64,000 nucleotides of DNA from Clostridia bacterium (GTDB lineage Bacteria > Bacillota > Clostridia > TANB77 > CAG-465): assembly GCA_045536565.1 (NCBI GenBank), contig JAZSNU010000020.1, positions 81,262-145,261 on the forward strand, given 5' to 3'. The notes beneath the pieces were generated by a model, which was not told where the DNA came from, did no database searches, and saw nothing but the letters and a program-made list of their open reading frames with translations. This document shows positions 1 to 10,778 of the stretch, piece after piece (position 1 is the stretch's first letter; each line of letters begins with the position of its first letter). The translations under genes were made by a program, and so were the position numbers.

Positions 1-4
1 ATAT

Positions 5-631
5 ATGTTACTTAAATTTATAGCAATGTATAACGGTAAAAATACTGAAAATATATTTAAATATATTTTTAAGGTTATACTATGCGTAATTTTCACAAGT
101 TCATCAATGTATATATGTGAAACTGTACTTGAAATAAATAGCCTTTTTACCGAGATTATATCATCACTTGGCGAAAATATAACAGGAGAAAAAATATCAT
201 TTAATTCGCTTAAAGAAGTAATAGTAGATTTAGAAAAGTATATGGGACAGGACTGTGTTAGTCTAGATGGCCTTATAAAAGGATTTATATCTTTTGGTAG
301 TGTTACTCTTTTAATAAATTATGCAGTAAGATATGTAACGGTTATATTTTTAATAATTATTATGCCTCTTGCAATAATGTTCTCTATTTCTCCTTATACA
401 AAGGGTATATTTAATTCATGGATTAAATTATTTATAGTAAATCTTTCAATGCAATGGATAGTAAAATTTATACTAATAATACCAATTTCAATAAAAGAAA
501 TTAATACAGATATGTTTAAAATAATTATAGTTGGAACCATCTATGTGTTATATAAAATAAATGGTTTTGTTAAAGAATTTTTAGGAAATATATATGATAG
601 TACAAGTTATATGAATAAAGGAGGATACTGA
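5..631 (+). CDS. TrbL/VirB6-like polytopic membrane protein (probably 5'-truncated by window edge)
   Basis: Multi-TM protein with 'RYVTVIFLIIIMPLAIMFSISPYTKGIFNSWIKLF', resembling the Gram-positive TrbL/VirB6 core; followed by a PrgI-like gene. Confidence 0.6.
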   Translation: MLLKFIAMYNGKNTENIFKYIFKVILCVIFTSSSMYICETVLEINSLFTEIISSLGENITGEKISFNSLKEVIVDLEKYMGQDCVSLDGLIKGFISFGSVTLLINYAVRYVTVIFLIIIMPLAIMFSISPYTKGIFNSWIKLFIVNLSMQWIVKFILIIPISIKEINTDMFKIIIVGTIYVLYKINGFVKEFLGNIYDSTSYMNKGGY

Positions 632-1014
632 TTATTGAAAAGTTAAAAACATATACAAGATTGGATAGAAAGGCAAAACTTTATGGAATATTAGATTACA
701 GAATAATAATATGTATACTAGTATATTTTGCGGTATTATACAACATATTAAATCTTTTGGGAATATCAATGATATATATAGTATACATGTTAATTTTATC
801 ATTAATACCTCTTTTTGGACTATATTTTACTTTAAGTAAAGAAGACAATGTATTAGAAATTATTTCAAATATATTATCATATGTGTTTAAGCCTAAAATA
901 TATTTGCATATGTATAAAAACAATCAAAATGAATATATGATATATAAAAGTAAAAGAGTATTAGTTGTAAAAAGAAATAATAAATGGTATAATTTAAAAA
1001 GTATATTTAAATAG
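631..1014 (+). CDS. PrgI/VirB3-like small membrane protein
   Basis: 'KAKLYGILDYR' + two TM helices + 'SYVFKPKIY'; ORF track starts at TTG 661, but the SD AAGGAGG (618-624) points to in-frame ATT at 631/634. Confidence 0.55.
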   Translation: MIEKLKTYTRLDRKAKLYGILDYRIIICILVYFAVLYNILNLLGISMIYIVYMLILSLIPLFGLYFTLSKEDNVLEIISNILSYVFKPKIYLHMYKNNQNEYMIYKSKRVLVVKRNNKWYNLKSIFK

Positions 1015-1035
1015 TAATGTTTTGAGGAGAATTAT

Positions 1036-2013
1036 ATGAAGTGCGTTGAAAAAACAAAAATAGAAATGTCGGACATGCTTGTTCCTGATATATTTGTAAC
1101 TAACTATATGATGGGGCTAGATGAACATTCTTTAAAGATATATCTATATATGAAGTTTATGGCTAAAAATGATATAGATATTAAAGAAGATCAAATAATT
1201 AAAAAGATAGGAATAAGTAAAGTAGAATATGAAAAAGCAATGAAACTACTTGAATCAGAAGAACTTGTTGTAAAACTAGAAAATGGTTATAGTTTGGTGG
1301 ATATTAAAGAATTAGAGTTAAATAAAACATATATACCAAAATTAAAACCAAAATCAGATAGTAGAAAAACAGCAGTAGAAAAGAAGAGAATAGCAGCGGC
1401 TTCTGCAATAAATGAAACATTCTTCCAAGGAATAATGACTCTTGGATGGTATGTTGATATTAGTACATTGTTTGAAAAATACATGTTTGATGAAGATGTA
1501 ATGATTGCACTTTTCCAATATTGTCAAGAAAGAAATGCGCTTAGAAAAAACTATGTTTTTAAAGTTGCTGAAACATGGTATAAAGGCAATGTAAAAACAT
1601 TTGAACAATTAGAAAACTATTTAGAAGAACAAGATAGAATAAATAAAATAAAGTCTAAGATAAAAAGAGCATTTGGTTTATCTAGAAACTTTACTGAATA
1701 TGAGGAAGAACAAATTAATAAATGGCTAAATGAATATAGGTATGAATATGATGTTATTGAAATAGCATTAAAGAAAACAGTACAAAAGACAACGAATCCA
1801 ACAATAAATTATGCCAATGCCATAATAACAAGTTGGCACGAAAAAGGTTTAAAAACATTAACGGAAGTTCTAGAAGAAAATAACAAAGTAACTAAACAAA
1901 TGGTAAGTAAAACTGCGGCTCAAAGCAAAAAAGTAATAAATACTAATTTAAAACATAAAAATTATGAACAAAGGAAGTATGATGATTTAGAATCGTTTTA
2001 TGATAATTTTTAA
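1036..2013 (+). CDS. dnaD: DnaD/DnaB_2 domain replication protein
   Basis: Two DnaD-type domains (YVFKVAETW; NYANAIITSW), C-terminal NYEQRKYD; upstream of DnaC-like ATPase. Confidence 0.8.
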   Translation: MKCVEKTKIEMSDMLVPDIFVTNYMMGLDEHSLKIYLYMKFMAKNDIDIKEDQIIKKIGISKVEYEKAMKLLESEELVVKLENGYSLVDIKELELNKTYIPKLKPKSDSRKTAVEKKRIAAASAINETFFQGIMTLGWYVDISTLFEKYMFDEDVMIALFQYCQERNALRKNYVFKVAETWYKGNVKTFEQLENYLEEQDRINKIKSKIKRAFGLSRNFTEYEEEQINKWLNEYRYEYDVIEIALKKTVQKTTNPTINYANAIITSWHEKGLKTLTEVLEENNKVTKQMVSKTAAQSKKVINTNLKHKNYEQRKYDDLESFYDNF

Positions 2014-2025
2014 CCTATAAAAGGG

Positions 2026-3051
2026 GTGAGAATAATGGATATAGACATATATAAAGAAATAAATAGACAATATGAACAAAAAAGAGAAGATGTAGAAACT
2101 AGCATTAAAAAAAGAAAAAGAGAACTTGAAGAAAAACTTCCTAAATATTCTGAACTTCAAAAAAGAAAGAATAAGGTGGCTATTGATTATGCGAGAGAAA
2201 TACTTAAAAAATCAGGTATAGAAAGAGAAATAGCAGAAGAAAACATGAAGATTGAAATAGCAAAACTTCAAAGTGAAGAAGATAAATTATTAGTTAGTGA
2301 AGGTTATGAAGAAAGTTATTTGCTTCCAAAATATGAATGCGACATATGTAAAGACACAGGACATGTAATGACAGCAAAAGGCGAAAAATATTGTAAGTGT
2401 TTTATACAAAAAATTGTTGATAAAACATATAAACAATATAACATGCTAAAAATAAATGAGGAAAACTTTAATACTTTTGATATAGGATATTATTCTGATA
2501 AAGTTGATAAAGAAAAATACAGAAGTGATATATCTCCAAGAGATAATATTGTTAAAATAAAACAAATAGCAGAGAAGTTTTGTAAAAATATAGATAAAGA
2601 TGACCAAAAGAGCTTGTTATTTGTCGGAAATACAGGAACGGGTAAAACATTTTTAAGTAACTGTATTGCATATGAATTAATAAACAATGGTTATACTGTG
2701 TTATATCAGACTGCTCCTATGCTTATGGATATGGCTATGGAATCAAAATATAATTATGAGAAAAAAGATGGCAGTAAAATGAAATATGAAAGTATATTTG
2801 ATGTTGATCTTTTAATAATTGATGATTTAGGAACGGAAACATTAAATAATAATAGATTTACTGAACTCTTTAATATTATAAATACAAGGCTTTTAAAAAG
2901 TAAAAAAACTATAATTTCAACAAATCTAATGCTTAATGAATTAAGCGAGGAGTATGATGAAAGAGTAATGTCTAGACTTATTGGTAACTATACAATATGT
3001 AAATTCATTGGTGATGATATAAGATTTAAGAAGAAAAAGATGGCTGAATAA
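2026..3051 (+). CDS. DnaC/IstB-family AAA+ helicase loader
   Basis: CxxC...CxC zinc site, Walker A GNTGTGKT, Walker B LLIIDDLG, STN, RVMSRL. Confidence 0.85.
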   Translation: MRIMDIDIYKEINRQYEQKREDVETSIKKRKRELEEKLPKYSELQKRKNKVAIDYAREILKKSGIEREIAEENMKIEIAKLQSEEDKLLVSEGYEESYLLPKYECDICKDTGHVMTAKGEKYCKCFIQKIVDKTYKQYNMLKINEENFNTFDIGYYSDKVDKEKYRSDISPRDNIVKIKQIAEKFCKNIDKDDQKSLLFVGNTGTGKTFLSNCIAYELINNGYTVLYQTAPMLMDMAMESKYNYEKKDGSKMKYESIFDVDLLIIDDLGTETLNNNRFTELFNIINTRLLKSKKTIISTNLMLNELSEEYDERVMSRLIGNYTICKFIGDDIRFKKKKMAE

Positions 3052-3067
3052 AACCATATGAAAGTAG

Positions 3068-3110
3068 ATGTGAAACAAAACACTAAATTTTATTAGATTT
3101 TGTTTCACAT
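3068..3110. terminator. Inverted repeat between convergent genes
   Basis: ATGTGAAACAAAA...TTTTGTTTCACAT 13-bp arms. Confidence 0.6.
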
Positions 3111-3161
3111 TTTTAATATAGAAAAACAAGATACCAACTATGTTGATATCTTGTTTTATTA

Positions 3162-5636
3162 TTACATATTATCCAAATTTAATTGGTCATCTTGTTCTTT
3201 TTCGGAGATAAGTTTTGCGATACTTACAACTTTTCCACCTTCTGATGTTCTCATAAGAGTTACACCTTGTGTGTTTCTACCTAGGACACTAATATCTTTT
3301 GCGTGTATTCTAATTATTACACCAGTACCAGTTATTATCATGATATCATCGTCATCATCGACAATCTTAATACCTATTATGTGTCCTGTTTTTTCGGTAG
3401 TTTTGTATGTTAGTATTCCCTTACCAGCTCTTGATTGAGCACGATATTCATCTATTTCGGTACGCTTACCAAATCCATTTTCAGTTATTGCTAGTATGTA
3501 TCCATTTTCGTTTGCAATTGGTTCCATTCCTATTACGAAATCGTCTTTTCCAAGGTTCATTCCTTTAACACCCATTGAAGTTCTACCGCAAGATCTAACT
3601 TCTTCTTCTTTGAAACGAATAGATAGTCCTGATTTAGATACAAGAACTATATCATTTTGTCCATTTGTAATTCTAACATCAATTATTTCATCTTCATCTT
3701 TTAATGTTATACTTTGGATACCTGTTTTACGAATATTGCTATATTCATTAAGAGGAGTCTTTTTAACAAGACCGTTCTTAGTAGCCATAAGTACATATTC
3801 GTCATCTTTGAATTCTTTTACTGGAATAACTGCTGCTATTTTTTCGCCTTGTGCAAGTTGAAGTAGATTTACAATAGCAGTACCTTTTGCTTGTCTAGAA
3901 GCCTCAGGTAAGTCATATGCTTTAAGTCTAAATACTTTACCAGTGTTAGTAAAGAATAATATATAATCATGAGTAGAAGTTACAAAAATGTGCTCTATAA
4001 AGTCGTCTTCTCTTGTGCTCATTGCTGTTACACCTTTTCCGCCGCGTCTTTGTGATTTATATGCATCAGTTGCAATTCTCTTGATATATCCAAAGTGAGT
4101 CATTGTAACAACATTACTTTCTTCTTTAATAAGGCTTTCAATATCTATTTCACCTTCACCATGAGTGATTTTAGTTCTTCTTTCATCACCATAGCTTTTC
4201 TTTATTTCTTGTAATTCTTCTTTAATAATATTAAGAACTAATTGTTCATTTGCTAAGATAGCTTTTAATCTAGCAATTAATTCAACAAGGGAATTGTATT
4301 CTGCTTCGATTTTATCTCTTTGCAAACCTGTAAGTGTTCTTAATCTCATTTCAAGGATTGCATTTGCTTGAATTTCAGTTAAACCGAATCTTGTCATTAA
4401 TCCATTTCTAGCTTCTGTATCATCCTTTGAAGATCTAATTAATTTAACTATTTCATCGATGTGGTCAAGAGCTATTCTTAATCCTTCTAAGATGTGAAGT
4501 CTAGCTTCTGCTTTCTTCAAATCATATTTGGTTCTTCTGATAACGATTTCTTTTCTGTGGTTAATGTAGTGATAAAGCATATCTTTAAGTGGTAATACCT
4601 TAGGTTCGTTATTTACAAGTGCTAAGTTTAATATACTAAATGTGTTTTGTAGTTGTGTGTGTTTATATAGCAAATTAAGAACAACATTTGGATTAGCATC
4701 TCTTTTAAGTTCAATAACTATTCTAAGACCAGATCTATCAGATTCATCTCTTAGGTCAGAAATACCAACTATAACTTTTTCACCAACTAATTTTGCGATA
4801 TGCTCAACAAGTGCCGCTTTATTTAATTTATATGGTATTTCGCTTATTATTATCTTATATCTACCTCTATTATCTTCTTCTATTTCTGCTTTACCTCTTA
4901 AACATATTTTACCTTGACCAGTCTCGTAAGCTTTTTTAATTCCTTCTTTACCAACTATGATTCCTCCTGTTGGGAAGTCTGGCCCTTTAATATGCGCCAT
5001 TAATTCATCAGTTGTTATATCAGGATTATCAATCATAGCACATGTGCCATTAATTACTTCTGATAAATTATGTGGTGGAATGTTACATGCCATACCAACT
5101 GCTATACCATAAGAACCATTAACAAGTAGGTTAGGTATTTTAGATGGAAGTACGGTAGGTTCCATTATTCTTTCATCATAGTTAGGTGTATAATTAACCG
5201 TTTCTTTATCAATGTCTGTTAACATCTCAACTGCTATTTTATGAAGTTTTGCTTCTGTATACCTCATAGCAGCAGGTGGGTCATTATCTATTGATCCAAA
5301 GTTACCATGACCGTTTACAAGTGGGTATCTAAGCGAGAAATCTTGTGCAAGACGCACAAGTGCGTCGTATACTGATGCATCACCATGTGGATGGTAATTA
5401 CCTAAAACATCACCAACGATACCGGCACATTTTCTGTATGCTTTGTCAGGCCAAAGTGCAAGTTCACTCATAACATAAAGTATTCTTCTATGAACTGGTT
5501 TTAGACCATCTCTAACATCAGGAAGTGCACGAGAAACGATAACACTCATGGCGTAATCTATATATGACTTTTTCATTTCGTTTTCTAAGTCTACTGGTAT
5601 TATTTTTCCTTCGTTTAAAAAATTATTATCGTCCAT
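3162..5636 (-). CDS. gyrA: DNA gyrase subunit A
   Basis: [28 protein letters not shown], GyrA-box QRRGGKG, C-terminal pinwheel repeats. Confidence 0.97.
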   Translation of the reverse strand: MDDNNFLNEGKIIPVDLENEMKKSYIDYAMSVIVSRALPDVRDGLKPVHRRILYVMSELALWPDKAYRKCAGIVGDVLGNYHPHGDASVYDALVRLAQDFSLRYPLVNGHGNFGSIDNDPPAAMRYTEAKLHKIAVEMLTDIDKETVNYTPNYDERIMEPTVLPSKIPNLLVNGSYGIAVGMACNIPPHNLSEVINGTCAMIDNPDITTDELMAHIKGPDFPTGGIIVGKEGIKKAYETGQGKICLRGKAEIEEDNRGRYKIIISEIPYKLNKAALVEHIAKLVGEKVIVGISDLRDESDRSGLRIVIELKRDANPNVVLNLLYKHTQLQNTFSILNLALVNNEPKVLPLKDMLYHYINHRKEIVIRRTKYDLKKAEARLHILEGLRIALDHIDEIVKLIRSSKDDTEARNGLMTRFGLTEIQANAILEMRLRTLTGLQRDKIEAEYNSLVELIARLKAILANEQLVLNIIKEELQEIKKSYGDERRTKITHGEGEIDIESLIKEESNVVTMTHFGYIKRIATDAYKSQRRGGKGVTAMSTREDDFIEHIFVTSTHDYILFFTNTGKVFRLKAYDLPEASRQAKGTAIVNLLQLAQGEKIAAVIPVKEFKDDEYVLMATKNGLVKKTPLNEYSNIRKTGIQSITLKDEDEIIDVRITNGQNDIVLVSKSGLSIRFKEEEVRSCGRTSMGVKGMNLGKDDFVIGMEPIANENGYILAITENGFGKRTEIDEYRAQSRAGKGILTYKTTEKTGHIIGIKIVDDDDDIMIITGTGVIIRIHAKDISVLGRNTQGVTLMRTSEGGKVVSIAKLISEKEQDDQLNLDNM

Positions 5637-5850
5637 AAAATCCTCCTATACAATTAATGCTATTATATACAAAAAAATAAGAAAAATCAAGGAAAAACTA
5701 TTATTTTTTGACATGTAAATACAAAAAACACAATATGTTAGTAATAATTAAATATAATGTAAATATGTCTTGAAAAAATAGATAATTATGATATAATTAT
5801 GCAAAAACAAACCTAAAAATGTAATATTTTAAAGTAGTAAAGAGGTAGTT

Positions 5851-6813
5851 ATGAAACAAAAAGATTATTATAAATTATTAGGCGTAAACAGAAAATCAAG
5901 CCAAGAAGAAATAAAAAGTAATTTTAGAAAATTAGCAAAAAAATATCATCCAGATGCAAATGTTGATAATAAAGATGCAGAAGAAATGTTTAAAGATTTA
6001 AATGAAGGCTATAATATATTAATGGATAAAGAGAAAAAAAGAAAATATGATAGACAAGTAGCAAAATATGGATATGGGAATGTTGACATTGGTTTTGCAG
6101 GAAATGATACAAGAAGTGTTAATGGTGTTGTAAGTGAAATAATGAGTACTATTCTTGGTATAAGCAGAGATACTAAGGACAAAGTTATTGCAGCGGCTGA
6201 AAATGTAAAAGATGATATAAAAGAAAAAATTGCTGAACAAAAAGAACCTAAAAAAGGTGAAAATATAGAAACAACATTATATGTTACAATTGAAGAAGGA
6301 TTTTTTGGGGCTGAGAAAAAAATATCTTTTAAGACAACTCGTGGTTCAATGAAAAATTATAGCGTAAATGTTCCAATGGGTATAAGAGATGGAGAAAAAA
6401 TAAGATTATCTGGGCTTGGAAAACCTGGTAAAAATGGTGGTAAAAATGGTGACCTTATAATCTTAGTAAAACTTAGACCACATCCAATGCTTAGACTAGA
6501 AGGCGCAGACATTCAAACAACACTTAAAATAAGTCCTGTTCAAGCTATTATAGGAGATTCTTTGCAATTAAAAATATTTGGTGAAAAAGTTCAAATAGTT
6601 ATACCTAAAAACAGTAAAACAGGTGATAAAATAGAAATTATAGCAAAAGGATATGTTGTAAATCAGAACACAAGGGGTAACCTTATTGCAAATATAGAAA
6701 TAGCGATGCCTGAAAGTATAACAGAAAGAGAAGAGAAACTTTACCAACAATTGTTAAAAGTAGAAAAACAAAAACTAAAAGCAAAAGTTACTGCTGAAAA
6801 CGAAAATAAATAA
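5851..6813 (+). CDS. DnaJ/CbpA-type co-chaperone (J domain + C-terminal domain, no Zn finger)
   Basis: KDYYKLLGV, HPD motif, G-rich GKPGKNGGKNGDL. Confidence 0.85.
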   Translation: MKQKDYYKLLGVNRKSSQEEIKSNFRKLAKKYHPDANVDNKDAEEMFKDLNEGYNILMDKEKKRKYDRQVAKYGYGNVDIGFAGNDTRSVNGVVSEIMSTILGISRDTKDKVIAAAENVKDDIKEKIAEQKEPKKGENIETTLYVTIEEGFFGAEKKISFKTTRGSMKNYSVNVPMGIRDGEKIRLSGLGKPGKNGGKNGDLIILVKLRPHPMLRLEGADIQTTLKISPVQAIIGDSLQLKIFGEKVQIVIPKNSKTGDKIEIIAKGYVVNQNTRGNLIANIEIAMPESITEREEKLYQQLLKVEKQKLKAKVTAENENK

Positions 6814-6840
6814 AATACGGAATCTTTATGATTCCGTATT
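6814..6840. terminator. Bidirectional intrinsic terminator
   Basis: AATACGGAATC-TTTAT-GATTCCGTATT between convergent genes. Confidence 0.8.
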
Positions 6841-6849
6841 TATAATATG

Positions 6850-7419
6850 TTACATGATTTTTTCTTTTCTTAAAATCTTAAAAAAAGAAAACACATTAAC
6901 TATTTTTTCTTTGATTTTAGTAAATGTTATACTAGGACTTTTATCTTCCATAATAGTTGGTGGAGTAGAATCAAATCCATATCTTTTCATAATTGATTTT
7001 TCGATGTCTGGATAAATTTTTAGGTAGTATGTACCTTTAATATCAGTATCCCACTCGTCTTTGTCGTTTGTAAAAGCAATGTTTATATTTGTATTTGGTA
7101 AATCAGGGATATCTATTATACAGCAATAAGATAAGGTTGAGTTCTGATTACATATATTCATGTTTACAATTTTTTTGTCGCTCCAATTATTGTCGTAACA
7201 ATAATATAAATAAAGGTTTGGCGCTTTATCTTTGTTTGATCCAGATATCTCAATATTTTTTAATAATTTTCCGTTATAATTTAAAAGAACACTTTTTCCT
7301 TGCATTAAATTTCCATAGATGCAAAAACTATCATTAGACATGGATTTTGTAAATATTCCTTTCTTTATTGCTTCATTGCAAGCACACTTTCTTTTAGGAT
7401 TTTCATCAAATAACTGCAT
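6850..7419 (-). CDS. Carbohydrate-binding module (CBM53-like) protein
   Basis: Start after GGAGG at ATG 7419; YNGKL...LYLYYCYDNNW...NIAFTN..EWD pattern. Confidence 0.5.
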   Translation of the reverse strand: MQLFDENPKRKCACNEAIKKGIFTKSMSNDSFCIYGNLMQGKSVLLNYNGKLLKNIEISGSNKDKAPNLYLYYCYDNNWSDKKIVNMNICNQNSTLSYCCIIDIPDLPNTNINIAFTNDKDEWDTDIKGTYYLKIYPDIEKSIMKRYGFDSTPPTIMEDKSPSITFTKIKEKIVNVFSFFKILRKEKIM

Positions 7420-7645
7420 ATAAACACCTCCAATTACATTGTTTGACAACATTATAATAAACTCAGCAAAACAAATAAACATAATAGACAAAAGAGTAAA
7501 AAAAACTACAAAATTAGCACATGAGTTACAAAAAATAACAAGATTAATAACCATTTTTTAACAATATACATAAATTTCAACACAAACAGTTGAAAAAAGT
7601 TATAAAAATATGTTAAGATACATATGTCTAATAGGGAGGATATAT

Positions 7646-9601
7646 ATGTCAAAATCAGATAAGTCAAAGAAAAAAAATAATAAACAAGAAATACAAAAAG
7701 AGACAGATATATATGTAAATGAAGAAATTATAGAAAATAAAGAGGTAGAATTTTCAGAAGAACCAGTTAAAGTTTCCGATAATGAAGCAATAGATAGGGT
7801 AGTTGAAGAATATAACGGAGAAATAAAAAAAGAAGAAAAGGAAGAAAAAAGAATTAGAGTTAGAGACGGAGCAGAAGTTGCTAAAACTCGTAAATCAAAC
7901 AAAAAGGTTATAATAGTTACACTATCAGTAATTTTAGCTATGATTATAGCATTTATTTCACTTGCTGTGATTAACAAAATGAATGAAAATGTATATAGAA
8001 ATGTATACTTGAATCAAAAGAATTTAACAGGTATGACAAGTTCACAGCTAACTGATTATTTGAAAGGCGAACAAGAAAAATTAGCAAAGACGACTCTAAA
8101 AATATATCAAGGGAATGAAGAGATATTAGAAATAGTACCATCAGATATTGACTTTGAAATCGATGCTGCAAAAGTAGAAAAAGATGTTTTTGGGTTTGGT
8201 AGAGATTCTAATATTGTTAAGAATAATATTGATATATTTGTAGCATTAATTGCAAAAAAAGAATATGACATGTCATATAAATATGATGTTAATAAACTTT
8301 CAGAAATTGTAAAAGAAATAAAGGAAACTATTGCTGAAAAGGTTATTGATGATAGTTATATTGTTGATGAAACACAATACAAACTGATAATAACAAAAGG
8401 TAAGTCTGGAAATACAATTGACGAAACAATTGTAAAAAATAAAATAATATCATCACTTGCAAATTGTATGGGTGAATACAAACTTAATATTATAAATGGA
8501 ACTCCTGCTAATCTTGATGTTGATGTTGTATATTCAAATGTTAAGAGGGAGCCGAAAGATGCATATATAGACAAGTCAACAACTGTATATAAATTTGTGC
8601 CACATCAAGTAGGATTAGATTTTGATAAAGAAGAATTAAAATCAATACTTGAAAAAGAAGAAAACAAAGTTGAAGGAAAAGTAATAGAATATTCTTTAAA
8701 AGTAGTAGAGCCAGAAGTGAAAACATCAGACATAAAATGGGAACTATATGAATATCAAATAAGTTCGTTTACTACATATTTTTCAACAGCAGATTCAAAC
8801 AGAGTAAATAATCTAAGAGTAGCATTGAATTTATTAAATGGAAAAGTTATAATGCCAGGAGAAGTATTCTCATATAATAGCGTAGTTGGTGGCGCAACTA
8901 CTGCACAGGGCTTTAAACCAGCGGCTACATTTGTAGGAGGTAGAGTTGTAAATGAAGTAGGAGGAGGAATTTGTCAAACAGTTTCTACTTTGTATAATAC
9001 AGCGTTACTTGCAAATCTAGAAATAGTACAAAGAAAAGCACACAGCCTGCCAGTTGGATATGTTCCGGGAAGTAGAGATGCAACTGTATATCATCCGTCC
9101 ATCGACTTTAAATTTAAAAATACGAGAGAATATCCAATAAAAATAGTTACAAGTTTTAACAAAAATGGAAGTTTAACAATTTCTCTATACGGAACAAAAC
9201 AGCAAAATGAATATGTTGTAAGTATTACTTCAAAAAATACAGGAACAATACCTTATACTACTCAGTATATTGAGGATAGTTCAATGGAAAAAGGTAAAGA
9301 AGTAGTTGTGCAAAATGGAACAAATGGATATACATCAGAATCATACATAACTAAAAAATTAAATGGGAAAGTAGTTTCAACTACACTTCTTTCAAAAGAT
9401 ACATATAAAGCTGTTGCTAAAATTGTTAGAATAGGAACAAAAGTTGTATCTGCTCCAAGCGTAACTCCACCTGCAAGTACAACACCACCAGTAGCAGAGC
9501 CAGTAACTCCACCAGCAGATAATAACACTACAACACCTGAGGCACCGGAAAGTGGAAATAACACAAACACAGGAAATACTGGTGCAGAAACTAATAATTA
9601 A
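7646..9601 (+). CDS. VanW-family protein with PG-binding repeats and G5 domain
   Basis: N-terminal TM; GGGICQTVSTLY, HSLPVGYVP..RDATV, DFKFKN; G5-like segment; Pro/Thr-rich tail. Confidence 0.85.
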   Translation: MSKSDKSKKKNNKQEIQKETDIYVNEEIIENKEVEFSEEPVKVSDNEAIDRVVEEYNGEIKKEEKEEKRIRVRDGAEVAKTRKSNKKVIIVTLSVILAMIIAFISLAVINKMNENVYRNVYLNQKNLTGMTSSQLTDYLKGEQEKLAKTTLKIYQGNEEILEIVPSDIDFEIDAAKVEKDVFGFGRDSNIVKNNIDIFVALIAKKEYDMSYKYDVNKLSEIVKEIKETIAEKVIDDSYIVDETQYKLIITKGKSGNTIDETIVKNKIISSLANCMGEYKLNIINGTPANLDVDVVYSNVKREPKDAYIDKSTTVYKFVPHQVGLDFDKEELKSILEKEENKVEGKVIEYSLKVVEPEVKTSDIKWELYEYQISSFTTYFSTADSNRVNNLRVALNLLNGKVIMPGEVFSYNSVVGGATTAQGFKPAATFVGGRVVNEVGGGICQTVSTLYNTALLANLEIVQRKAHSLPVGYVPGSRDATVYHPSIDFKFKNTREYPIKIVTSFNKNGSLTISLYGTKQQNEYVVSITSKNTGTIPYTTQYIEDSSMEKGKEVVVQNGTNGYTSESYITKKLNGKVVSTTLLSKDTYKAVAKIVRIGTKVVSAPSVTPPASTTPPVAEPVTPPADNNTTTPEAPESGNNTNTGNTGAETNN

Positions 9602-9627
9602 AAATAATAAATATGTAAATATAAAAC

Positions 9628-9656
9628 AAGCTCTCTACATAAAAAGTAGAGAGCTT
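9628..9656. terminator. Bidirectional intrinsic terminator
   Basis: AAGCTCTCTAC-ATAAAAA-GTAGAGAGCTT. Confidence 0.75.
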
Positions 9657-9672
9657 TGCTATATAATCTAAT

Positions 9673-10701
9673 TTATAAAGAAGATGCTTGTATTGCTTTT
9701 GCACCATCATAATTTTCTTTTATACATTCTATAAATTTATCTGCTAGCATAGGGTCAAATTGTTTTCCTTTACCTTTTGCTATTTCCTCTAACCCAAATT
9801 CTATTGTTGTTGCATCTTTATATGGCCTTTTAGCAGTTATAGCATCAAAAGAATCACATATAGTAAGGATTCTAGTTAGATATGGGATTTCATCTCCTCT
9901 TAATCCAGAAGGATATCCTAAACCATCATATTGTTCATGGTGGTATTTAATTAGAGGAAGCGCATCTTTAAAAATTTCAGATGTAGATAATATGTTTGTT
10001 CCAATTAAAGTGTGTAATTTCATATGGTTGTATTCTTCGTCTGTTAATTTTGTACTTTTTAAAAGAATTGTATCTGCTATTCCTATTTTTCCGACATCAT
10101 GGAATTGAGCAGCAAGTACAAGTGTATTTAGTTCATCGCTATTTAAGTTTAAATAATTTCCAAACATTGTTGAATATTTAGCAACTCTATCTGAATGATC
10201 TTTGGTAAAGTTGTCTTTCGCACCAACTGTATTTTTAAGGATGTCTGCAACTTCAATTGCGTGTAGCTCGATTGTATGAGCCATTTTTTTTACATTTTCT
10301 AAACTAGCTATATATTTAAATCCGCTTTCAATCAAAAGAACTAATTGATCAAATCTTGAACTTTTTTCAAAATATGCTTGTATATCCAAAGAACGCATTG
10401 TATCTATAGAAGGAGTTAGTTCTTTGTGGGCTGACATCAAGATTATATAAATTTCTTTGTTAAATTCTCTAACAAGTTTAACTATTTCATCTCCTCTTAC
10501 AGGGTTCATCAAGTAATTTATAATAAGTATATCATATTGATTGTTTTTTAAGTTTTCGAGTGCAGTTATTGCCTCTGTAAAAGGGCTAACTTGTATATTA
10601 TATTTCTTTAAAACGACGCTCATAGCATCCATCATCCCTACATCGTCGTCAATTACCATTACTTTGCTTTTTCTGCCTGTAACTTGCTCTAATTCGTTCA
10701 T
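9673..10701 (-). CDS. REC + HD-GYP cyclic dinucleotide phosphodiesterase (atypical receiver)
   Basis: HDVGK, HHEQYDGLGYP, RPYK; N-terminal receiver fold. Confidence 0.88.
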   Translation of the reverse strand: MNELEQVTGRKSKVMVIDDDVGMMDAMSVVLKKYNIQVSPFTEAITALENLKNNQYDILIINYLMNPVRGDEIVKLVREFNKEIYIILMSAHKELTPSIDTMRSLDIQAYFEKSSRFDQLVLLIESGFKYIASLENVKKMAHTIELHAIEVADILKNTVGAKDNFTKDHSDRVAKYSTMFGNYLNLNSDELNTLVLAAQFHDVGKIGIADTILLKSTKLTDEEYNHMKLHTLIGTNILSTSEIFKDALPLIKYHHEQYDGLGYPSGLRGDEIPYLTRILTICDSFDAITAKRPYKDATTIEFGLEEIAKGKGKQFDPMLADKFIECIKENYDGAKAIQASSL

Positions 10702-10778
10702 ATATGACCTCCGTATATTATACCAAGTTAATTATATCAAATATGAAAAAAATATACAACAACAATTTTAATAATATT

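Noticed and set aside
1036-3051. Prophage replication module or IS21 istB
   Set aside because: No phage genes, integrase or istA; double-DnaD plus Zn-DnaC pair is the usual clostridial chromosomal arrangement
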